54,529 bases of DNA from Comamonadaceae bacterium (GCA_947450005.1 CANFTU010000001.1:1-54529), one strand, 5' to 3'. Shown: positions 1 through 10,561, counted from the stretch's first letter. The notes: a model not told the origin generated them from the sequence alone. Translations and numbers: made by a program.

Positions 1-1
1 G

Positions 2-2221
2 ATGTTTGACTTTTTCCATGATGTGGCCGTCAAAGCACAGGCGGGAAATGCCATGGCCAAAGAGGTCATGCAGAGCTGGGCCGACGCCGAATGGTTCACC
101 ACACGGCCCGAAGTTCCGCGCTGCATTCCCGTGACGGTGTTCAAAGTACCTGGCGAGACCAACACCGACGATTTGTCGCCCGCGCCCGACGCCTGGAGCC
201 GTCCGGACATTCCCATGCACTACCTGGCGATGCTGAAAAACACGCGCGCCGATGCTGCCTTCCGGCCCGAGGAAGACGGTAAGCGCGGTCCGATGCAGTT
301 CATCGACGACCTGAAGAAAAAGGGCCATTTGGTGGCCTATGTGGGCGATGTCGTGGGTACGGGGTCGAGCCGTAAGTCCGCCACCAACAGCGTGATTTGG
401 GCGACCGGCCAAGACATTCCCTTTGTGCCCAACAAGCGCTTCGGCGGTGTCACCCTGGGCGGAAAAATCGCCCCCATCTTTTTCAACACCCAGGAAGACT
501 CTGGCGCGTTGCCGATCGAGGTAGACGTCTCCAAGCTCGTAATGGGTGACGTCATCGACATCTATCCCTACGACGGAAAAATTACCCGTGGCGGGGCGAC
601 GGTGGTGGAGTTCAAGTTGCGCAGCGAGGTCCTGCTGGACGAGGTGCGCGCCGGAGGCCGTATCAATCTAATCATCGGGCGCAGTCTGACCGCCAAGGCG
701 CGAGAGTTCCTGTCGCTGCCCGCATCCACCTTGTTCCGCCTGCCGCAGCCGCCGGTTGCCACCACAGCAGGCTTCACGCTGGCACAAAAAATGGTGGGCC
801 GCGCTGTGGGTCTGCCTGAAGGTCAGGGCGTGCGCCCTGGCACCTATTGCGAGCCGCGCATGACCACAGTCGGTTCCCAGGACACCACGGGTCCGATGAC
901 GCGCGATGAGCTCAAAGATTTGGCCTGCCTGGGCTTCAGCGCGGATCTGGTGATGCAGTCTTTCTGCCACACCGCAGCCTACCCCAAGGCCGTGGACGTA
1001 AAGATGCACCACGAGTTGCCGGCATTTATGTCGAACCGCGGCGGCGTCGCTTTGCGACCGGGCGATGGGGTGATCCATTCCTGGCTGAACCGCTTGCTCC
1101 TGCCAGATACCGTGGGTACGGGGGGCGACAGCCACACCCGTTTCCCCATCGGCATCAGCTTCCCCGCAGGCTCGGGTCTGGTGGCTTTTGGCGCGGCCAC
1201 CGGGGTGATGCCGCTGGATATGCCTGAGTCGGTGCTGGTGCGCTTCAAAGGCAGCATGCAGCCCGGTGTGACCCTGCGTGATCTGGTCCACGCCATCCCG
1301 CTGTATGCCATCAAAGCCGGTTTGCTCACCGTGGCCAAGGCTGGAAAGGTCAACGTGTTTTCCGGCCGGATTCTGGAGATTGAAGGCTTGCCGGATCTCA
1401 AGGTCGAGCAGGCCTTTGAGCTGTCAGACGCGTCGGCCGAACGGTCTGCTGCGGGCTGCACCATCAAGCTCAATCCGGCACCTGTTCAGGAATACCTGAC
1501 CAGCAACATCGTGCTGATGAAGAACATGATCGCGCAGGGCTATGCCGATGCCCGTACCTTGCAGCGCCGCATCGACAAGGTGCAGGCCTGGTTGGACAAG
1601 CCGGCTTTGCTGGAGGCCGATAAAAACGCGGAATACGCGGCAGTGATTGAGATCGATCTGGCCGATATCAAAGAGCCGATTCTGTGTTGCCCCAACGATC
1701 CGGACGATGCCAAATTTCTGTCGCAAGTCGCGGGCACGAAGATCGATGAGGCGTTCATCGGTTCATGCATGACCAACATCGGCCACTTCCGCGCTGCGGC
1801 GACCCTGCTGGGCGGGCAGAGGGATATTCCGGTCAAGCTCTGGGTCGCGCCGCCGACCAAAATGGACGAGAGCGAGCTGATCAAGGAAGGGCATTACGCG
1901 GCCTTTGGTGCATCGGGTGCACGCACCGAAATGCCCGGCTGCAGCTTGTGCATGGGCAACCAGGCGCAGGTGCGTGAGGGCGCCACCGTGGTCTCCACCA
2001 GTACCCGCAACTTCCCCAATCGCCTGGGCAAAAACACCCAGGTATTCCTGGCGTCCGCTGAACTTGCCGCCATAGCGTCCAAGCTGGGCAAGCTGCCTTC
2101 GGTGCAGGAGTACCACGAGGCCATGGGCGTGGTCAATAAAGCCGGTGCGGCGATTTACCAATACATGAACTTCGACCGTATTGAGGAATACGCCGAGGTC
2201 GCAGCTGCCAGCCCCGCCTGA
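2..2221 (+). CDS. acnB: Aconitate hydratase B (bifunctional aconitase/2-methylisocitrate dehydratase), 5'-truncated by window edge
   Basis: [34 protein letters not shown] and [10 protein letters not shown] [4Fe-4S] motifs; N-terminal HEAT region lies outside the window. Confidence 0.97.
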   Translation: MFDFFHDVAVKAQAGNAMAKEVMQSWADAEWFTTRPEVPRCIPVTVFKVPGETNTDDLSPAPDAWSRPDIPMHYLAMLKNTRADAAFRPEEDGKRGPMQFIDDLKKKGHLVAYVGDVVGTGSSRKSATNSVIWATGQDIPFVPNKRFGGVTLGGKIAPIFFNTQEDSGALPIEVDVSKLVMGDVIDIYPYDGKITRGGATVVEFKLRSEVLLDEVRAGGRINLIIGRSLTAKAREFLSLPASTLFRLPQPPVATTAGFTLAQKMVGRAVGLPEGQGVRPGTYCEPRMTTVGSQDTTGPMTRDELKDLACLGFSADLVMQSFCHTAAYPKAVDVKMHHELPAFMSNRGGVALRPGDGVIHSWLNRLLLPDTVGTGGDSHTRFPIGISFPAGSGLVAFGAATGVMPLDMPESVLVRFKGSMQPGVTLRDLVHAIPLYAIKAGLLTVAKAGKVNVFSGRILEIEGLPDLKVEQAFELSDASAERSAAGCTIKLNPAPVQEYLTSNIVLMKNMIAQGYADARTLQRRIDKVQAWLDKPALLEADKNAEYAAVIEIDLADIKEPILCCPNDPDDAKFLSQVAGTKIDEAFIGSCMTNIGHFRAAATLLGGQRDIPVKLWVAPPTKMDESELIKEGHYAAFGASGARTEMPGCSLCMGNQAQVREGATVVSTSTRNFPNRLGKNTQVFLASAELAAIASKLGKLPSVQEYHEAMGVVNKAGAAIYQYMNFDRIEEYAEVAAASPA

Positions 2222-2231
2222 GGGGTGGAAT

Positions 2232-2654
2232 TTAGACGCTGAATTCGAAGATGCGCTGCAAGCTGAAGGCGATGGTCGCCATCAGCACGCCGGTGCCCAC
2301 CAGCAGGGCGGTCCCGAGGCCGAACACGGTCAGGCCATTGGTCTGACCGGCGGGTGACTCTGGATCCTCCTCGGGGTTGAAGCGTGCATTCCAGGCCGGG
2401 GCCCCTTGCAGGCCGTACACGATGGCACGCAGCGCATAGCCGCTGATCGTCAGACCCAACAGCGGAATCAGCAACCAGCTCAGCTGGTCGTCCAGGCTGA
2501 TGTGGCGCGCACGCAGCACGCCGTAACTGCCCAGGATGAGCGGCACCAGCGTGAGCCAACTGGCCAGGCCGTAGCGTCCATATAGATAGAGCCGGTGCAG
2601 ACCCAGCGGCCCGGTCAAAAAAGTCAGCCAGACGGCCAGGGTTTTGTTTTTCAT
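2232..2654 (-). CDS. Small membrane protein, TM2/NINE-like
   Basis: MKNKTLAVWL..GPLGLHRLYL TM2-like motif and 3-4 hydrophobic segments; ATG at 2654 overlaps the GNAT stop (ATGA). Confidence 0.75.
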   Translation of the reverse strand: MKNKTLAVWLTFLTGPLGLHRLYLYGRYGLASWLTLVPLILGSYGVLRARHISLDDQLSWLLIPLLGLTISGYALRAIVYGLQGAPAWNARFNPEEDPESPAGQTNGLTVFGLGTALLVGTGVLMATIAFSLQRIFEFSV

Positions 2655-3184
2655 GGCCCCGATTGTGCGGGTGGCGTGTTTTGGCCAGCCCCGATGGTGC
2701 GCTGCATCAGGACCACGTCCAGCCAACGTCCGAACTTCCAGCCGCAGCCCGACAAAACGCCCGTCTGTGTAAAACCGCATCCGCCGTGCAGTGCGATGGA
2801 CGCGGCATTGCCAGAGTCACCGATCACGGCAATCAGGCTGCGCACACCCGCCCGTTCAGCCTGCGCGACTAATTCAGCGAGCAGCAACCGCCCCCAGCCG
2901 CGCCCGGCTGTGTGCCGAGCCAGGTAAATCGAATCCTCGGCCGAAAAGCGGTAGGCCGGGCGGGGCTTGAACCAGTTGCAGTAGCTAAAGCCGCAGACCT
3001 GCCCATCGTCCTCCAACACCAGAAAAGGCAAGCCTTTGCCCAACACGTCGTCACGGCGCGCGGCCATGTCTGCGGGGGAGGGGGGGTCAATTTCAAATGT
3101 TCCTGTTCCGGTGAGTACGTGATGCCGGTAAATGGCGGCAATCTGCGGCACATCGTCAGCGTTGCTGGGTCGGATCAGGGGCAT
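2651..3184 (-). CDS. GNAT N-acetyltransferase (phosphinothricin/methionine sulfoximine acetyltransferase-like)
   Basis: GTFEIDPP, RPAYRFSAEDSIY, GRGWGR, NAASIALH, GWKFGRWLDV motifs. Confidence 0.9.
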   Translation of the reverse strand: MPLIRPSNADDVPQIAAIYRHHVLTGTGTFEIDPPSPADMAARRDDVLGKGLPFLVLEDDGQVCGFSYCNWFKPRPAYRFSAEDSIYLARHTAGRGWGRLLLAELVAQAERAGVRSLIAVIGDSGNAASIALHGGCGFTQTGVLSGCGWKFGRWLDVVLMQRTIGAGQNTPPAQSGP

Positions 3185-3197
3185 GGAGGGAGAAAGA

Positions 3198-3203
3198 TAT
3201 AAT
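3198..3203 (+). promoter_or_regulatory. sigma70 -10 box for the rpsP operon
   Basis: Perfect TATAAT about 100 nt upstream of the rpsP ATG. Confidence 0.6.
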
Positions 3204-3301
3204 CGAGGGCTATTCTGAGTGTCGCTGGCCGGGTGGTCAGTCGCGTGTCTCAAGCTCCGAATTTTACGATTGACCCCCTTCAGTCACCCAAAGGACCCAC
3301 T

Positions 3302-3562
3302 ATGGTCGTTATTCGACTTTCCCGCGGCGGCGCCAAAGCGCGCCCCTTCTTCAACATTGTCGTGGCCGACAAGCGTAACCGCCGCGATGGCCGTTTCATT
3401 GAGCGGATCGGTTTTTACAACCCGATCGCAACGGCCAACGAAGAGAGCATCCGCATTGCGCAGGATCGCTTGTCCTACTGGCAAGGCGTTGGCGCCCAAG
3501 CCTCGCCCACGGTGGACCGTTTGATCCGCCAAGCGGCTAAAGCCGCAGCGCCTGCGGCCTGA
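3302..3562 (+). CDS. rpsP: 30S ribosomal protein S16
   Basis: [41 protein letters not shown]; AAGGA SD upstream. Confidence 0.98.
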   Translation: MVVIRLSRGGAKARPFFNIVVADKRNRRDGRFIERIGFYNPIATANEESIRIAQDRLSYWQGVGAQASPTVDRLIRQAAKAAAPAA

Positions 3563-3609
3563 GCGACCCGTGCGGGCGGGGTGTATCTCCGCCTCTCTGG
3601 TACCCCTTG

Positions 3610-4173
3610 ATGCTTGCCGGACTTGAACCCGCCGAACTTCCGGCAGATGCGGTTGAAGTCGGGCGCATAGCGGACGCCTGGGGCGTTCAAGGCTGGTTCA
3701 AAGTTATTTCCCACAGTGCCCAGCCGGAGGCGCTTTTTTCATCCAAGCGCTGGTATTTACTCCCCACAGAACGCGGCCCCAAACCCTTCGACGGCGTGGC
3801 ACTGATGGCCATTCGGGAGGCCAAAGACCATTCCGGTGCGGTGGTCGCCCGCTGCCACGACATCACGGACCGTGATGCTGCGCAAGCGCTTAAGGGTTCC
3901 CGGATATTTGTCGCCCGCTCCAGTTTCCCGACGGCTGCTGCCGACGAGTTTTACTGGGTGGACCTGATTGGCCTGGCCGTCGTTAACCGGGAGGCGGTGG
4001 ATTTAGGTACGGTTCGCGATCTGGTGTCGACCGGCCCGCAAACGGTGTTGGTCATCGAACAGACCCAGGGAGACGCCGTGCGCGAGATCCTGATTCCCTT
4101 TGTGTCTGTGTACGTGGACGATGTCGATATGGCGCAGCGACAAATCCGTGTTGACTGGCAGCCGGATTACTGA
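3610..4173 (+). CDS. rimM: Ribosome maturation factor RimM
   Basis: VGRIADAWGVQGWFKV, DEFYWVDLIG, LIPFV, C-terminal DWQPDY; operon position. Confidence 0.96.
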   Translation: MLAGLEPAELPADAVEVGRIADAWGVQGWFKVISHSAQPEALFSSKRWYLLPTERGPKPFDGVALMAIREAKDHSGAVVARCHDITDRDAAQALKGSRIFVARSSFPTAAADEFYWVDLIGLAVVNREAVDLGTVRDLVSTGPQTVLVIEQTQGDAVREILIPFVSVYVDDVDMAQRQIRVDWQPDY

Positions 4174-4213
4174 GCGTCTTGCACGCATATTTACTGAATA
4201 TTCGCCGTCCGCC

Positions 4214-4978
4214 ATGCGTTTTGACGTCATCACGCTGTTTCCCGAACTCTTTGAGCCTTTCGTTCGAGTCGGTATCACCCGCCGTGCTTTCGAATCCGGT
4301 TCAGTCGAGTTGCATTGCTTCAACCCCCGCGACGTGGCCACAGACAATTACCGGCGCGTCGACGACCGGCCATTTGGCGGCGGCCCGGGCATGGTCTTTA
4401 TGGCCCAGCCTTTGCTGGACACCCTTTCTGTCATTCGTGCGCAACGACAGGACGATGCTCCCGTGGTGCTGTTCTCCCCCTTGGGCCCTCATCTGGACCA
4501 TGCCGCCGTTCAGGGCTGGTCGGATAGTGCCGGCGCGATTCTGATTTGCGGCCGCTATGAGGGCTTGGACCAGCGGTTTATTGATGCCCATGTCGATCAG
4601 CAAATCAGTCTGGGGGATTTTGTGCTTTCCGGGGGTGAAGTGGCAGCGATGGCATTGATCGATGCCGTTGCCCGCCTGCAGCCGGGCGTTCTCGGCGACC
4701 AGGACAGCCACCATTTCGACAGTTTCAATCCGGCTTTGGACGGTTTATTGGACTGCCCGCACTACACCCGGCCGGAGCACTGGGAGGGCCAGCCGGTCCC
4801 GCCAGTGTTGCTATCTGGCAACCACCAGCAAATTGCCGTGTGGCGGCGTCAGCAGCGCCTGCGTGCCACCGCCTTGCTGCGGCCGGAATTGCTGACGCGC
4901 GCCCGCGCGTCGGGCGCCCTGGGGCCGCAGGACGAAGCATTTTTGGGTACCTTGCCTATGTCGGACAGGCCCCGCTGA
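4214..4978 (+). CDS. trmD: tRNA (guanine37-N1)-methyltransferase
   Basis: MRFDVITLFPE, VDDRPFGGGPGM, CGRYEG, SLGDFVLSGGE, PHYTRP. Confidence 0.98.
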   Translation: MRFDVITLFPELFEPFVRVGITRRAFESGSVELHCFNPRDVATDNYRRVDDRPFGGGPGMVFMAQPLLDTLSVIRAQRQDDAPVVLFSPLGPHLDHAAVQGWSDSAGAILICGRYEGLDQRFIDAHVDQQISLGDFVLSGGEVAAMALIDAVARLQPGVLGDQDSHHFDSFNPALDGLLDCPHYTRPEHWEGQPVPPVLLSGNHQQIAVWRRQQRLRATALLRPELLTRARASGALGPQDEAFLGTLPMSDRPR

Positions 4979-4999
4979 GGCTGCCCTGGGCAGGTTTCG

Positions 5000-5115
5000 T
5001 ATAATGGCGGGCCAACCTGATCCTCTGCCCGACCAAAGCGGCCTTGTCGTCCGGATGAGTCCATGCTTGGCATCAAGCCTGAATGCCGGTGCGCGCAAGA
5101 TCAACGAAAGAAGCT
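5000..5115 (+). promoter_or_regulatory. Internal promoter (TATAAT 5000-5005) and structured 5' leader of rplS
   Basis: Perfect -10 box in the trmD-rplS gap; TGATC(5018-22)/GATCA(5099-5103) closing stem with internal hairpins. Confidence 0.55.
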
Positions 5116-5487
5116 ATGAACCTGATCCAAACCCTGGAGCAAGAAGAAATTGCCCGCCTCGGGAAGACCATTCCCGAATTCGCCCCCGGCGATACCGTGA
5201 TTGTGAGCGTCAACGTCGTTGAAGGCACACGCAAGCGCGTGCAGGCCTACGAAGGCGTTGTGATTGCCAAGCGCAACCGCGGCCTCAATAGCGGCTTTAT
5301 TGTCCGCAAGATCTCCAGCGGCGAAGGCGTGGAGCGTACGTTCCAGACCTACAGCCCGCTGATTGCCGGTATCGAAGTCAAACGCCGTGGCGATGTGCGC
5401 CGCGCCAAGCTCTACTACCTGCGTGATCGCAGCGGCAAGTCGGCGCGTATCAAGGAAAAGCTCCCCGCCAAGAAGACCGCGGCCTGA
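5116..5487 (+). CDS. rplS: 50S ribosomal protein L19
   Basis: [39 protein letters not shown]. Confidence 0.98.
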   Translation: MNLIQTLEQEEIARLGKTIPEFAPGDTVIVSVNVVEGTRKRVQAYEGVVIAKRNRGLNSGFIVRKISSGEGVERTFQTYSPLIAGIEVKRRGDVRRAKLYYLRDRSGKSARIKEKLPAKKTAA

Positions 5488-5511
5488 TCAACGCAGACTG
5501 CGCCTTTCTGC

Positions 5512-5545
5512 AAGCCGCCCCAGACACCGTCTGCGGCGGCTTTTT
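5512..5545 (+). terminator. Intrinsic terminator after rplS
   Basis: GCCGCC-CCAGAC-acc-GTCTG-c-GGCGGC stem followed by TTTTT. Confidence 0.8.
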
Positions 5546-5569
5546 CGTTGGCAACCCCGCACTTGCGAC

Positions 5570-6259
5570 ATGGCAATCCCCTTATTTGATCCCCGCCAGA
5601 TCCCGGTCGATGCGGTAGATGGCCATTTGTCTGCCGTAGACCACGCGCAGTTGCAGGTCGATGCCCTCAAGCGGCGTTTCGCCGTGCCGCCCGCGTGGCG
5701 TGCGGAATTGCCCGGCGATCCGAGCGCCGAAGCAGGAAAGACCCTGCGACGGGCGGCCGTTTTAGTGCCGATTGTTGTGGGCTGCGATCCCATGGTGTTG
5801 CTGACTCAACGCACTTCCCATTTGAGTAGCCATCCGGGGCAAATCGCCTTTCCTGGTGGCCGCATCGATCCGCAGGACCGTGACGAAGCCGACGCCGCTC
5901 TGCGCGAAGCGTGGGAAGAAGTCGGATTGGAGCGGCGCTTTGTCACCGTTTTGGGTAACCTGCCGGTCTATGCCACCGGAAGCGCATACAGCGTGACACC
6001 CGTCGTCGCTTTGGTTCATCCCGGATTTACGCTGCGCCCCAACAGCGGCGAGGTGGCGGAGGTATTTGAGGTCCCGCTCTCCCATTTCACCAACCCCGCG
6101 AATCACCGCTGGCATAGCACCGAGTGGGAACCAAGGCCACGCCAATGGTTGTCCATGCCTTACCTGGATGCGCGGGCCGGTGTCGAGCCCGTGGAGCGCT
6201 TTGTGTGGGGCGTGACTGCAGGCATATTGCGCAACCTCTACCGTTTTCTGATCGCCTGA
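5570..6259 (+). CDS. Nudix hydrolase, CoA pyrophosphatase (NudL/PCD1 family)
   Basis: LLTQRTSHLSSHPGQIAFPGG UPF0035 motif plus Nudix box ALREAWEEVG; VWGVTA. Confidence 0.92.
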   Translation: MAIPLFDPRQIPVDAVDGHLSAVDHAQLQVDALKRRFAVPPAWRAELPGDPSAEAGKTLRRAAVLVPIVVGCDPMVLLTQRTSHLSSHPGQIAFPGGRIDPQDRDEADAALREAWEEVGLERRFVTVLGNLPVYATGSAYSVTPVVALVHPGFTLRPNSGEVAEVFEVPLSHFTNPANHRWHSTEWEPRPRQWLSMPYLDARAGVEPVERFVWGVTAGILRNLYRFLIA

Positions 6260-6301
6260 GCCGGCAGGACATCTGCGCCGGACGCCCGCTATCATGCGTC
6301 C

Positions 6302-7276
6302 ATGGGTTTCTTATCGCTCCTGTTTGCGCTGGTAATTGAGCAAGTGCGCCCGTTCACGGGCATCAGCCGCTTGCGTACGTGGGGTGGTGGCTGGATCGAA
6401 TGGGTCTTGAAGAACTTTGATGCAGGGGGATCCGGGCAGGGGATGCTGTGTTGGTGCATTGCCGCGCTGGTGCCTGCGGGCTGCGTGATTCTGGTCCATT
6501 GGGCGCTGACGCTGTGGCTGGGTGTGTTCAGTGCTTTTCTCTGGAATGTGGCGGTTTTGTACGCGACTTTGGGTTTTCGCCAGTTCAGCCACTACTTCAC
6601 AGAAATTCGCACCGCCCTGGAGATGGGCGACGACGAAACCGCCCTGCGTATTTTGCAGAGCTGGACCGGGCCGCTGCCCCATTCGCCAACGCGCTCGGAA
6701 ATCATTCGTCGCCTCGTGGTGCAGTCGGTACTCAGCGCGCACCGCCACGTGTTCGGTGTCTTTACCTGGTATTCGATCGGCTCCCTGTTGGGCCTGGGAC
6801 CTGCCGGCGCAGTTGTCTATCGCGTCGGTGCATCGATAAGTGCCCGTGCCGTGAAGCCGGTCGACGCTGGCTCCCGCGCCAGTTCGGTGGTGCAAGCGTT
6901 TGCCGGTCGACTGTGGTGGTTTTTGGATTGGTTGCCCGTGCGGATGACCGCCATGGGCTTTGCTTTTGTCGGCAGCTTTGAGGAGTCTATTGATTTGTGG
7001 CGGCGTTGGGAAATCATCAAACCGGGCGACAACGATGCGCTGCTGCTTGCCGCCACCGCGGGGGCGATTGGTATTCAGTTGAACGAGCCACTGGGAATCG
7101 CCACGCCGCCGCCGCACCCAGTAACCGGCGAAACAGGGACTTCGGTTGACGCGGTCAATGGGCAAAAGCAGCCCCAGATTGGGCACCTCGCCGCGGTGGT
7201 CGGGCTGGTTTGGCGCACCGTGGTTATGTGGCTGGTGTTACTGGCTCTCATGACGCTGGCGCGCCTGTTGGGCTAA
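6302..7276 (+). CDS. CobD/CbiB/AmpE-like membrane protein
   Basis: Multiple TM segments; HRHVFGV..W, LGPAGAVVYR, LDWLPVR motifs. Confidence 0.75.
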   Translation: MGFLSLLFALVIEQVRPFTGISRLRTWGGGWIEWVLKNFDAGGSGQGMLCWCIAALVPAGCVILVHWALTLWLGVFSAFLWNVAVLYATLGFRQFSHYFTEIRTALEMGDDETALRILQSWTGPLPHSPTRSEIIRRLVVQSVLSAHRHVFGVFTWYSIGSLLGLGPAGAVVYRVGASISARAVKPVDAGSRASSVVQAFAGRLWWFLDWLPVRMTAMGFAFVGSFEESIDLWRRWEIIKPGDNDALLLAATAGAIGIQLNEPLGIATPPPHPVTGETGTSVDAVNGQKQPQIGHLAAVVGLVWRTVVMWLVLLALMTLARLLG

Positions 7277-7305
7277 TCCATGCGGGCCGTCCTGCGCGGG
7301 CGGTG

Positions 7306-8277
7306 TCAGTAGCGCTGCTGCGAGAGTTCGGCAAAAAGTTCCTGGTAAATCCGGTAGCGATGGGGGCTGATGGATGCGGCGCTTTCGCTGCTGTCGCGTT
7401 GCGCGACCCGCGTGATGACGCCACAGCCTGGCTCGTGCAGATGGCTGCAGTTATAGAACTTGCATTGATCCACCCAGGCGCATAAATCGGGCATCAGACT
7501 GGCCAGGCGCATAGGGTCAATGTGCTGAAGGCCAAACTCTTGAAAACCGGGCGAATCAATCAGTGCCGTCTTCCGTGCGGCATCGGTCCAGTAGTGGGTG
7601 GTGCTGGTGGTGGTGTGTTTGCCTGAATTCAAGGCACTGGAAATTTCCTGCGTCAACGCCTGCGCGCCGGGCACCAACCGGTTGATCAGCGTACTTTTGC
7701 CCGCGCCAGAGGGGCCCAGTACCAGGGTGGTCTTTTGCGCTAGTGCGTCCAACAGATCCGACCAGCCGTCTGCGGGGCCGCCGGACGGCGCATTGCCAGG
7801 TTGTGATTTGGGACGCAGCGCACTTGCCAACACCGTGTAGCCCATCGCACGGTAGGGGGCCAGGCGCTCCCAGGCGCGGCTGAAATGCGGCTCAAGATCA
7901 CTTTTATTCAGGACGATCAGAACCGCAATGTCTTGCGCCGCGGCCGCAATCAGGGCGCGGGTGAGCTGGCTCTCTGAGAATTCGGGTTCGGCGGCGATGA
8001 GGATCAGCACCAGGTCCAGGTTGGCAGCAAATGACTTGGTGCGTATTTCGTCTTGCCGGTAAAGCAGGTTGCGCCGCTCCAGCACCTGCTCGATCGTGCC
8101 TTCGTCCTGCGAAGGCATCCACAGCACCCGGTCGCCCACCACAGTCTGGCTTTTTTTGCCCCGGGCGTGGCACATGAAGCGCTCGCCCTGTGGCGTTTCA
8201 ACCCAGACATGCCGGCCGTGGCTGGCGACAACCAAGCCTTCGCGCAATGCGGCGGTGGGCGGGCGTGAAGTGGCCAA
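7306..8277 (-). CDS. rsgA: Small ribosomal subunit biogenesis GTPase RsgA
   Basis: Circularly permuted GTPase: NKSD, GPSGAGKS, GKHTTT, DSPG; C-terminal CKFYNCSHLHEPGC Zn finger; start codon (TTG) uncertain. Confidence 0.95.
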   Translation of the reverse strand: MATSRPPTAALREGLVVASHGRHVWVETPQGERFMCHARGKKSQTVVGDRVLWMPSQDEGTIEQVLERRNLLYRQDEIRTKSFAANLDLVLILIAAEPEFSESQLTRALIAAAAQDIAVLIVLNKSDLEPHFSRAWERLAPYRAMGYTVLASALRPKSQPGNAPSGGPADGWSDLLDALAQKTTLVLGPSGAGKSTLINRLVPGAQALTQEISSALNSGKHTTTSTTHYWTDAARKTALIDSPGFQEFGLQHIDPMRLASLMPDLCAWVDQCKFYNCSHLHEPGCGVITRVAQRDSSESAASISPHRYRIYQELFAELSQQRY

Positions 8278-8282
8278 GCGAG

Positions 8283-8603
8283 TCAGGCTTTGCCGGCGTC
8301 GCCGCCGAACAAGCTGTCGACTTGCTGCGCCGCTTCGATGTCAAGCGAGGTGATGCCGGGCGGTTGGTGGGTGCGCCAGCGCACCGTGCAGCGCTGGTAC
8401 TGGAGCAGCATGTCGGGATGGTGGTCCATGCGTTCGGACAGATAGGCTACGGCATTGGCAAAGGCGATGGTGGCAAGGTAGTTGTCAAATGCAAAAACCC
8501 GCTCAATGGCCAGCGTGGGGCCATCGCCATGGAGCCGCCATTGCGGCAGCGCTGCGAGTTGGTTGAGTAATTGCGGTGCGGTGAACGCGGCGGGCCGGGT
8601 CAT
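8283..8603 (-). CDS. phhB: Pterin-4-alpha-carbinolamine dehydratase
   Basis: MDHHPD and W-x-TH-x-x-x-GIT-x-x-D motifs. Confidence 0.88.
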   Translation of the reverse strand: MTRPAAFTAPQLLNQLAALPQWRLHGDGPTLAIERVFAFDNYLATIAFANAVAYLSERMDHHPDMLLQYQRCTVRWRTHQPPGITSLDIEAAQQVDSLFGGDAGKA

Positions 8604-8612
8604 GCGCGCCAA

Positions 8613-9893
8613 TCAGCTGTAGGTGGCCGACATACGCGCCAAGCGTTCGGTAGCCGGCGGGTGCGAATAGTAGTAACGCACAAACAGCGGGTCGGGTGTG
8701 AGCGTAGCCGCGTTGTCCTGGTAGAGCTTGAGCAACGCGGAGGCCAGATCCTGTCCCCGGGTCTGGGCAATGGCGTACGCATCGGCCTGGAATTCATCAC
8801 GCCGCGACACCTGCGCCAGCAAGGGACGCAGCACACCGCCAATCAGGGGCATCAGCATCATGGCCAGCAGCAAAGCCAGGCCATCGTTGGGGCCGTCGAG
8901 CAGAGGCAGAACGCCCATCCCGGTGTAGAACCACACTTGGCTGCTCAGCCAACCCAAGGCCGCAAAGCCGAAGAAGCTCACAGCAAAGAGCATGATGATC
9001 CGCTTGGTGACATGGCGGTGTTTGAAATGCCCCAACTCATGGGCCAGCACCGCGTCCACTTCGCCGGGGTCGAGTTGCTTGAGCAAGGTGTCGTAGAAGA
9101 CCACGCGCTTGGCTGCGCCAAAGCCAGTGAAATAAGCGTTGGCATGCGCGCTGCGTTTGCTGCCGTCCATCACAAACAAGCCCTTGGCGTGAAAGCCGCA
9201 GCGCTGCATCAATGCAGTGACCCGCTGTACCAGTTCGGCATCTTGCAGCGGCTCAAAGCGGTTGAACCACGGCGCGATCCAGGTCGGGTAAATCACCATG
9301 GCCAGCAGGTTGAAGGCCATCCATGCCGCCCAGATCCACAGCCACCAGAGCGGCCCTGTAGCCCCCATGAGCCACAAAAACAGGGTCAGCAAAGGCAGGC
9401 CGATAACCGCGCCCAGCACCAGCGATTTCATCGCGTCTTGCAACCACAGAACTGGGGTCATCTTGTTAAAGCCGAAACGCTGTTCCAGTACAAACGTCAT
9501 GTACAGCGAAAACGGCAGCTCCAGCAATCCATTGATCAGCGTGAACGCCGCCACCAACGCGACTTGCTGCACCAGGCCAGTCCCCAGCCATTGCGCTAAC
9601 AGCGCATTGAGGGTGGACAGACCCGACAGCAAGGTCCAGCCCAAAGTCAGGGCCACGCCCCATGCCAGATCCAACAGGCCGAAGCGGGTTTTTGCAATCG
9701 TGTAATCCGCTGCTTTGTGGTGCGCTGCCAGGCTGATGCTGGCGGCAAACAGGGGCGGCACGGCTTCGCGGTGCGCCGCGACATGGCGTATCTGGCGCGA
9801 AGCCAACCAGAATTTCAGCCAGGTGTGAGCCAGAAGCGCCGCCGCAAAGGCCAGCGTGAGGGTGTAAGAGGGGTCGAAAGCGGTGTCTTGCAT
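8613..9893 (-). CDS. M48 family (Ste24-like) membrane metalloprotease
   Basis: HELGH zinc motif, SKRSAHANAYFTG, EFQAD, YSHPP. Confidence 0.94.
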   Translation of the reverse strand: MQDTAFDPSYTLTLAFAAALLAHTWLKFWLASRQIRHVAAHREAVPPLFAASISLAAHHKAADYTIAKTRFGLLDLAWGVALTLGWTLLSGLSTLNALLAQWLGTGLVQQVALVAAFTLINGLLELPFSLYMTFVLEQRFGFNKMTPVLWLQDAMKSLVLGAVIGLPLLTLFLWLMGATGPLWWLWIWAAWMAFNLLAMVIYPTWIAPWFNRFEPLQDAELVQRVTALMQRCGFHAKGLFVMDGSKRSAHANAYFTGFGAAKRVVFYDTLLKQLDPGEVDAVLAHELGHFKHRHVTKRIIMLFAVSFFGFAALGWLSSQVWFYTGMGVLPLLDGPNDGLALLLAMMLMPLIGGVLRPLLAQVSRRDEFQADAYAIAQTRGQDLASALLKLYQDNAATLTPDPLFVRYYYSHPPATERLARMSATYS

Positions 9894-9929
9894 GGGGGCG
9901 GAGTTTAGGTGATAGGCGACAATTCCCCT

Positions 9930-10535
9930 ATGAACACTGCCCCAACCAACACCGCCGCCAGCGCACTGGCTAAATCCGAGAACAACCTGGTCTGGCTGGA
10001 TTGCGAAATGACAGGACTGAATCCCAAAGAGGACAGGTTATTGGAAATCGCGGTTGTAGTAACTGACCCGCATGTGCAAGTCCGGATGGAGGGGCCCGTT
10101 TTTGCGATTCACCAAAGCCAAGCTCAGCTCGACAAAATGGACGCCTGGAACCAGGGCACACATGGCAAAAGCGGTTTGATTGACCGGGTGCGCGCCAGCA
10201 CGGTGACGGAGGCGCATGCCCAAGCGGTCTTGCTGGACTTTCTGGCGGCCTATGTTCCCAAGGGGGAGTCGCCGATGTGTGGCAACACCATCGGGCAGGA
10301 CCGGCGTTTTTTGGTCGAGTACATGCCGGGGTTGGAAGCCTTTTTCCACTACCGCAACCTCGATGTCAGCACGCTCAAAGAGTTGTCCAAACGCTGGCGG
10401 CCCGAAGTCTATGCATCTTTCAAAAAGCAACAAAGCCACACGGCGTTGGCGGACGTGCACGAGTCCATCGACGAGTTGTTGCACTACCGGCAACATTTCT
10501 TGAAACTCGAGGTCACCGGACTGCCGCCGGTTTGA
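9930..10535 (+). CDS. orn: Oligoribonuclease
   Basis: [43 protein letters not shown]. Confidence 0.97.
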   Translation: MNTAPTNTAASALAKSENNLVWLDCEMTGLNPKEDRLLEIAVVVTDPHVQVRMEGPVFAIHQSQAQLDKMDAWNQGTHGKSGLIDRVRASTVTEAHAQAVLLDFLAAYVPKGESPMCGNTIGQDRRFLVEYMPGLEAFFHYRNLDVSTLKELSKRWRPEVYASFKKQQSHTALADVHESIDELLHYRQHFLKLEVTGLPPV

Positions 10536-10561
10536 GCTTAGGTAGAAACCCGTATGTGTGG

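Noticed and set aside
4100-4213. N-terminal extensions in the ORF track (trmD, rplS, miaA, thrB, prmC, Nudix, TM2 protein)
   Set aside because: They overlap neighbouring genes or promoters; conserved protein starts lie at downstream ATGs
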